Assembly: GCA_963666365.2 (NCBI GenBank)
Contig: CAXXNF010000001.1
Coordinates: forward strand, 960,001 to 1,024,000
Direction of reading: 5' to 3'
Length of the DNA stretch: 64,000 nt
Origin: Syntrophales bacterium
Lineage (GTDB): Bacteria > Desulfobacterota > Syntrophia > Syntrophales > UBA2210
This document shows positions 59,782-64,000 of the stretch, one piece after another; the first letter of the stretch is position 1; the number at the start of each line of letters is the position of its first letter. The notes under the pieces were generated by a model. The model had not been told where the DNA came from and did no database searches. It was given only the letters and a program-made list of their open reading frames with translations. The translations under genes and the position numbers were made by a program.

Positions 59782-61905
59782 TTAGGCTTCTTCCGCCTCT
59801 TCAGCGGGCGCTTCAGCCTTCTCCAGATCCATGGCCTTCCAGACGATTTCCGCGATATCAAGGGCCTGCATCTTTTCTTCCTGCCCTCGGTCCTTGATGC
59901 CGTCGGCCATCATGGTCAGACAGAAGGGACAGCCCACAGCGATCGTGTCGGCGTTGGCCGCAATCGCCTGATCGGCCCTCATGTCGTTGATGCGCTCTCC
60001 GATATCCTCTTCCATCCACATGCGCGCACCACCGGCGCCGCAGCAGAAGGATTTGGCATGGTTGCTCTTCATTTCCACCAGCCGCATGCCCGGCACGGCG
60101 CCCAGCACCGTTCTCGGCTGACTGTACACATTGTTGTAGCGTCCGAGGAAACAGGAATCGTGATAGGTAAAGAGCCCTTCCACGGACTTTTTCATTTTGA
60201 TCTTGCCCTTGGCAACCAGATCCGCCAGAATTTCCGTGTGATGGTAGACCTCGAAGTTTCCGCCGAAGTGGGGATAATCCTTTTTCAGCGCATTATACCC
60301 ATGAGGGCAGGTACAGATGATCTTTTTCACCCCGTAGCCGTTCATCACTTCTATATTCATCTGGGCCTGGGTCTGATAGAGATATTCGTTGCCGCCTCTC
60401 ATGGCGGAATCGCCGCAACACCCCTCCTCTTCGCCCAGGATGCCGAAGCTTACTCCCGCTTCCTTCAGGATTTTGGCGAGCGCCACGGAAACCTTCTTTC
60501 CCCGGTCGTCAAAGGAACCGGCGCATCCCACATAAAAGAGATACTCCACATCGGGGTCTTCAGCCAGCGTTTTGATGCCCAGTTCTTTGGCCCAGTCGGC
60601 CCTGAGGTGCGCACCGATGCCCCAGGGATTGGAGTTATTCTCCATATTCCGATAGGTCAGCTGGAGTTCCGGCGAGAAATCAGCCTCCATCAGCACCTTG
60701 TACTGACGCATCTGCACGATCTTCGGCACATGTTCGATCAGCGCCGTACAGTGCTCCATGCAGTACATGCAGTTGGTGCAGGCCCACAGCTCATGCAGGT
60801 CGATCACCTCGCCCACCATGGCTTTCTCGGCTTCCGGAAGAGCCGGCTCTTCGCCTTCCTTGGCCTCCTTCTTCGCCGCGGCAACCGCCGGCGCCCGCTC
60901 GAGCCAGTAGTCCTTGATATCCTGCACAAGCTTTTTCGGCGAGAGCGGCTTGCCGGACAGATAGGCCGGACAGCCGTCCTGACAGCGACCACAACGGGTG
61001 CAAGCCTCGGAATCGAAGATCTGCTTCCAGGTGAATTCTTCGAGCTGCCCCACGCCGAAGGATTCGGCATTTTCGAAATCCTCAATTGGTTTCAAGGCAC
61101 CCGTTGGCTCAAGCGATTTCATATAGTAGTTGGCCGGCGTCGTCACGATGTGCAGCAGTCTTGAAAAGGGCAGGTAGGCGATCAAACCCAGGGTGAGGAA
61201 ACTGTGAATCCACCATACGACCTTGTGAAGAATGCGGGTCGTTTCGTAGCTCACTCCCGTCAGCGTCTGCGACAGGGCATAGCCGACAAAGGACCATTTC
61301 CCCCAGGTAAAACCGTCTACGTTCACATTGACGTGAAGGCGGAGGGCCTCGATAATGAACCCCGTGACAATGATGGCGCCGATACCGACCAGCACAATGG
61401 CGTCATCGGGTCTGTTGTCGGGGATTCCCCTGTAGCCCAGCAGGTCGGGCTTCAACACGTACCGGCGAATGATCGCCATGGTCACGCCGATCAGCACGGC
61501 CAGACCGAATATCTCCATGACCAGCGAAAACCAGAGATAAAAGGTGCCGTGAAAGAACGGAAGCCCGATATGAAACTGCGTCGCATCGATTGCCGCGCCG
61601 AATATGAGCACAATGAATCCGAAGAATATGAGTCCGTGAAAGATGCCCGCATAGGATTCCTTGAAGGTTCTCGCCTGAAGCAGGCCATTAACGATCAGCG
61701 ACTTGAATCGTTCCCCCCCATTGTCAGTCCGTACTTCAGGAAGGCCGACGGCCTTCCACATCTGCCAGCGCCTGTACAAGCCATAGGCGCATATAATGAG
61801 CGCAATTGCGGTAAAGAAAAAGAGGATGCCCTCGAAGGGGGCATTCCAGAATACCTCCCTCCCCTCATTTCCCACTCCTAATGCATGTTCACCACCGTGT
61901 GCCAT
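59782..61905 (-). CDS. Membrane-bound heterodisulfide-reductase-like Fe-S oxidoreductase (DUF224 / ETF:menaquinone oxidoreductase type)
   Basis: NarI-like TM domain with His ligands, CTRCGRC...C and CTNCMYC...C clusters, two CCG domains (CCGD, YHDSC...CCGAGG). SD ggagg. Directly downstream of etfBA. Confidence 0.88.
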   Translation of the reverse strand: MAHGGEHALGVGNEGREVFWNAPFEGILFFFTAIALIICAYGLYRRWQMWKAVGLPEVRTDNGGERFKSLIVNGLLQARTFKESYAGIFHGLIFFGFIVLIFGAAIDATQFHIGLPFFHGTFYLWFSLVMEIFGLAVLIGVTMAIIRRYVLKPDLLGYRGIPDNRPDDAIVLVGIGAIIVTGFIIEALRLHVNVNVDGFTWGKWSFVGYALSQTLTGVSYETTRILHKVVWWIHSFLTLGLIAYLPFSRLLHIVTTPANYYMKSLEPTGALKPIEDFENAESFGVGQLEEFTWKQIFDSEACTRCGRCQDGCPAYLSGKPLSPKKLVQDIKDYWLERAPAVAAAKKEAKEGEEPALPEAEKAMVGEVIDLHELWACTNCMYCMEHCTALIEHVPKIVQMRQYKVLMEADFSPELQLTYRNMENNSNPWGIGAHLRADWAKELGIKTLAEDPDVEYLFYVGCAGSFDDRGKKVSVALAKILKEAGVSFGILGEEEGCCGDSAMRGGNEYLYQTQAQMNIEVMNGYGVKKIICTCPHGYNALKKDYPHFGGNFEVYHHTEILADLVAKGKIKMKKSVEGLFTYHDSCFLGRYNNVYSQPRTVLGAVPGMRLVEMKSNHAKSFCCGAGGARMWMEEDIGERINDMRADQAIAANADTIAVGCPFCLTMMADGIKDRGQEEKMQALDIAEIVWKAMDLEKAEAPAEEAEEA

Positions 61906-62063
61906 AACGCCTCCCTTCTCCACACTCACCACTCGCGATACCCATGGTCGTGACTCACTGGACACTCACATGCCCACGCCTGAGGCACATCGCCGCTCTG
62001 CTTATCATCTGAACGGCGTCGCGGCCCCCGGACATGCACAGCATGGAGTGTGCACATATAATG

Positions 62064-62095
62064 AAAAAAAGGGGGTGGATTTTCATCCGCCCCCC
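62064..62095 (-). terminator. Intrinsic terminator after etfA
   Basis: gggggcggat-gaaa-atccaccccc followed by T7 on the minus strand. Confidence 0.75.
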
Positions 62096-62108
62096 TATGT
62101 ACACCCTG

Positions 62109-63077
62109 TTACAGAATCTTTTTCACTGCCGCGGTGATTTCCGGCACCACCTTGAACAGATCGTCCACAATGCCGTAATCCGCCTTCGCGAAAATGGGCG
62201 CCTCTTCATCCTTGTTCACGGCCACGATGTACTTGGAAGAACTCATGCCCGCCAGGTGCTGAATCGCTCCCGATATACCGCAGGCCACATACAGATTCGG
62301 AGAGACGACCTTACCGGTCTGCCCCACCTGATCCACCTGAGGACGCCATCCGGCATCGACGGCCGCTCTCGAGGCGCCTACGGCGGCGCCGAGCAGATCG
62401 GCCAGTTCTTCAAGAATCTTATACCCCTCGGGGCCCTTCATGCCGCGGCCGCCCGAAACGATTACCGTTGCCTCGGTCAGCTCAACTCTGCCGCTGGTGT
62501 CTTTCTGCACCTCCAGCACCTTGGTCTTCAATTCGCCCAGGGCCGCATCGAATTTCACCACCTCGCCTGCCTTCGCATTTTCCACGATGGGGAACACATT
62601 GGGGCGAAGAGAGGCCATCTGGGGCGATCCCAGCACTTCCACTTCGGCGAAGGTTTTTCCTGCATACATGGGCCGGATCGCAATCAGCTTGCCGCCTTCG
62701 ATGCGAAGGTCCGTGCAGTCCGACGCCATACCGGTGGCAAGGGAGCCCACCAGACGGGATGAGAGATCCTTACCCTCTACCGACGCGGCCAGAAGCAGAA
62801 TCGCCGGATCGTTTTCCTTCACCACTTTCGTCACCGCCTGCCCATAGGCGTCGGTGGTATATTTTTCAAAGGCTGCATCGTCAGCCAGGTAGATCTTGTC
62901 CACGCCATATTTACCCAGCTCGGCCGCGATGCCCTCAACTCCCGAACCGAGCACGACGGCGCATACTTCATCGCCCAGCTCGTCGGCGAGCTTTCGCGCC
63001 GCACTGGCTATCTCAAAGGAAACCTTTCTGAAGGCTCCGTCTCTTTGTTCCGCAACTATCCATACACCTTTTGCCAT
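62109..63077 (-). CDS. etfA: Electron transfer flavoprotein alpha subunit
   Basis: VSGGRG, GASRAAVD, QVGQTGK, GISGAIQHLAGM. Confidence 0.97.
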   Translation of the reverse strand: MAKGVWIVAEQRDGAFRKVSFEIASAARKLADELGDEVCAVVLGSGVEGIAAELGKYGVDKIYLADDAAFEKYTTDAYGQAVTKVVKENDPAILLLAASVEGKDLSSRLVGSLATGMASDCTDLRIEGGKLIAIRPMYAGKTFAEVEVLGSPQMASLRPNVFPIVENAKAGEVVKFDAALGELKTKVLEVQKDTSGRVELTEATVIVSGGRGMKGPEGYKILEELADLLGAAVGASRAAVDAGWRPQVDQVGQTGKVVSPNLYVACGISGAIQHLAGMSSSKYIVAVNKDEEAPIFAKADYGIVDDLFKVVPEITAAVKKIL

Positions 63078-63100
63078 TTTATCTCCTCCATTCCCTTCGA

Positions 63101-63871
63101 TTAAATTACCTTGGCCTCTTCCCGCAGTAACTTGACCAGTTCACCCGCCTTTTGGGCCGCTTCTTCGCCGGCGATGATCTTACCGGCAGCTCTTTCCGGA
63201 GGAGGCGTCATCTTCACGATCTTTGCCTTCGCCGCAACGGTGATGCCGAGCGCCGCCGCGTCTTTTACGTCAACCGGTTTTTTCTTGGCCTTCATGATAC
63301 CGGGCAGCGACGCGTAGCGGGGTTCGTTCAGTCCCTTCGTTGCGGTGACGACACAGGGAAGGGAAATTTCGATCTTCAGCTGGGCGCCTTCAATGGCCTT
63401 GACGGCCGTCGCTTTGTCGCCTTCGACATCCAGCTTGGTTATCACTGTGACCTGGGGAAGGCCGAGGAGTTCCGCCAGAATCGAACCGACCTGTCCAGCA
63501 TCGTCATCGATGGCACGCATGCCGCAGAAGATGATGTCGTAGGGAATTTCCTTGATCGCCGCGGCCAGCGCGCTTGCCGTAGTATAGGCATCGGCGCCTT
63601 CCAGCGCGGGATCGTTGATATGGATGCCCTTCTCGGCGCCCATGGCCAGGGCGGTCCTGATCGTCTCCAAGGCCCGCGCGGGACCGACGGACACGATGGT
63701 CACATCGCCGCCGTTCTTTTCTTTCAGTTTAAGGGCTTCTTCAACACCGAATTCATCGTAGGGGTTCATCACCCACTTGATTCCGCCTTCTTCGATACCG
63801 GATCCATCGGCCTTTACCTTGATCAATGCTTCCGTGTCCGGGACCTGTTTGACACACACAACTATGTTCAC
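63101..63871 (-). CDS. etfB: Electron transfer flavoprotein beta subunit
   Basis: VCVKQVPD, MNPYDEFGVEEAL, ALAMGA, NEPRYASL. GTG start with SD ggagg. Confidence 0.97.
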   Translation of the reverse strand: MNIVVCVKQVPDTEALIKVKADGSGIEEGGIKWVMNPYDEFGVEEALKLKEKNGGDVTIVSVGPARALETIRTALAMGAEKGIHINDPALEGADAYTTASALAAAIKEIPYDIIFCGMRAIDDDAGQVGSILAELLGLPQVTVITKLDVEGDKATAVKAIEGAQLKIEISLPCVVTATKGLNEPRYASLPGIMKAKKKPVDVKDAAALGITVAAKAKIVKMTPPPERAAGKIIAGEEAAQKAGELVKLLREEAKVI

Positions 63872-64000
63872 AATGACCTCCTTTCACCGACAAATGCCGG
63901 CACGGGGTCGCCGTGCCGGACTATTTGCCCTGATAATAAAATAATATGTGATGCCTTTATGGCGGGCGCCTTCAGTACCGCACAAACGCGCGCCCCTTTG

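Noticed and set aside
59782..61905. Selenocysteine recoding in the Hdr-like oxidoreductase or other redox genes
   Set aside because: The frames are uninterrupted and all expected cysteine motifs are encoded as Cys.

Overview
This is a 64 kb core-genome segment from an anaerobic Desulfobacterota (deltaproteobacterial) chromosome, probably Syntrophales-like. That assignment is inferred from gene content (EtfAB plus a DUF224-type Fe-S membrane oxidoreductase, N-terminal-only GlmU, Methanosarcina-type SerC) and the look of the 16S, not from a database search. The window has about 48 CDSs, mostly housekeeping (ppsA, radA, serC-serA-purA, priA, ruvCAB, lpxC, carB, dnaJ, purC, rsmB, fmt, etfBA). It also has a complete rRNA operon (16S, tRNA-Ile, tRNA-Ala, 23S, 5S) with tandem promoters, RNase P RNA and a CAT-anticodon tRNA. 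I saw no transposase, integrase, prophage or CRISPR array. Best leads: (1) a carA-less carB followed by a PurF whose glutamine-binding loop is degenerate, possibly an ammonia-fed nucleotide-precursor module; (2) a hsp20-groEL unit where groES survives only as an 'IMREDDIL' relic; (3) a sigma-54 promoter and palindromic enhancer before lpxC, next to an NtrY/NtrX-like pair with an intact GAFTGA; (4) a solitary dynamin-like GTPase with divergent G3/G4 motifs, convergent with DUF1846; (5) a cluster of miniature palindromic repeats and a two-block 9-bp tandem repeat around a flavodoxin gene. All family names come from recognising motifs by eye and need HMM confirmation.
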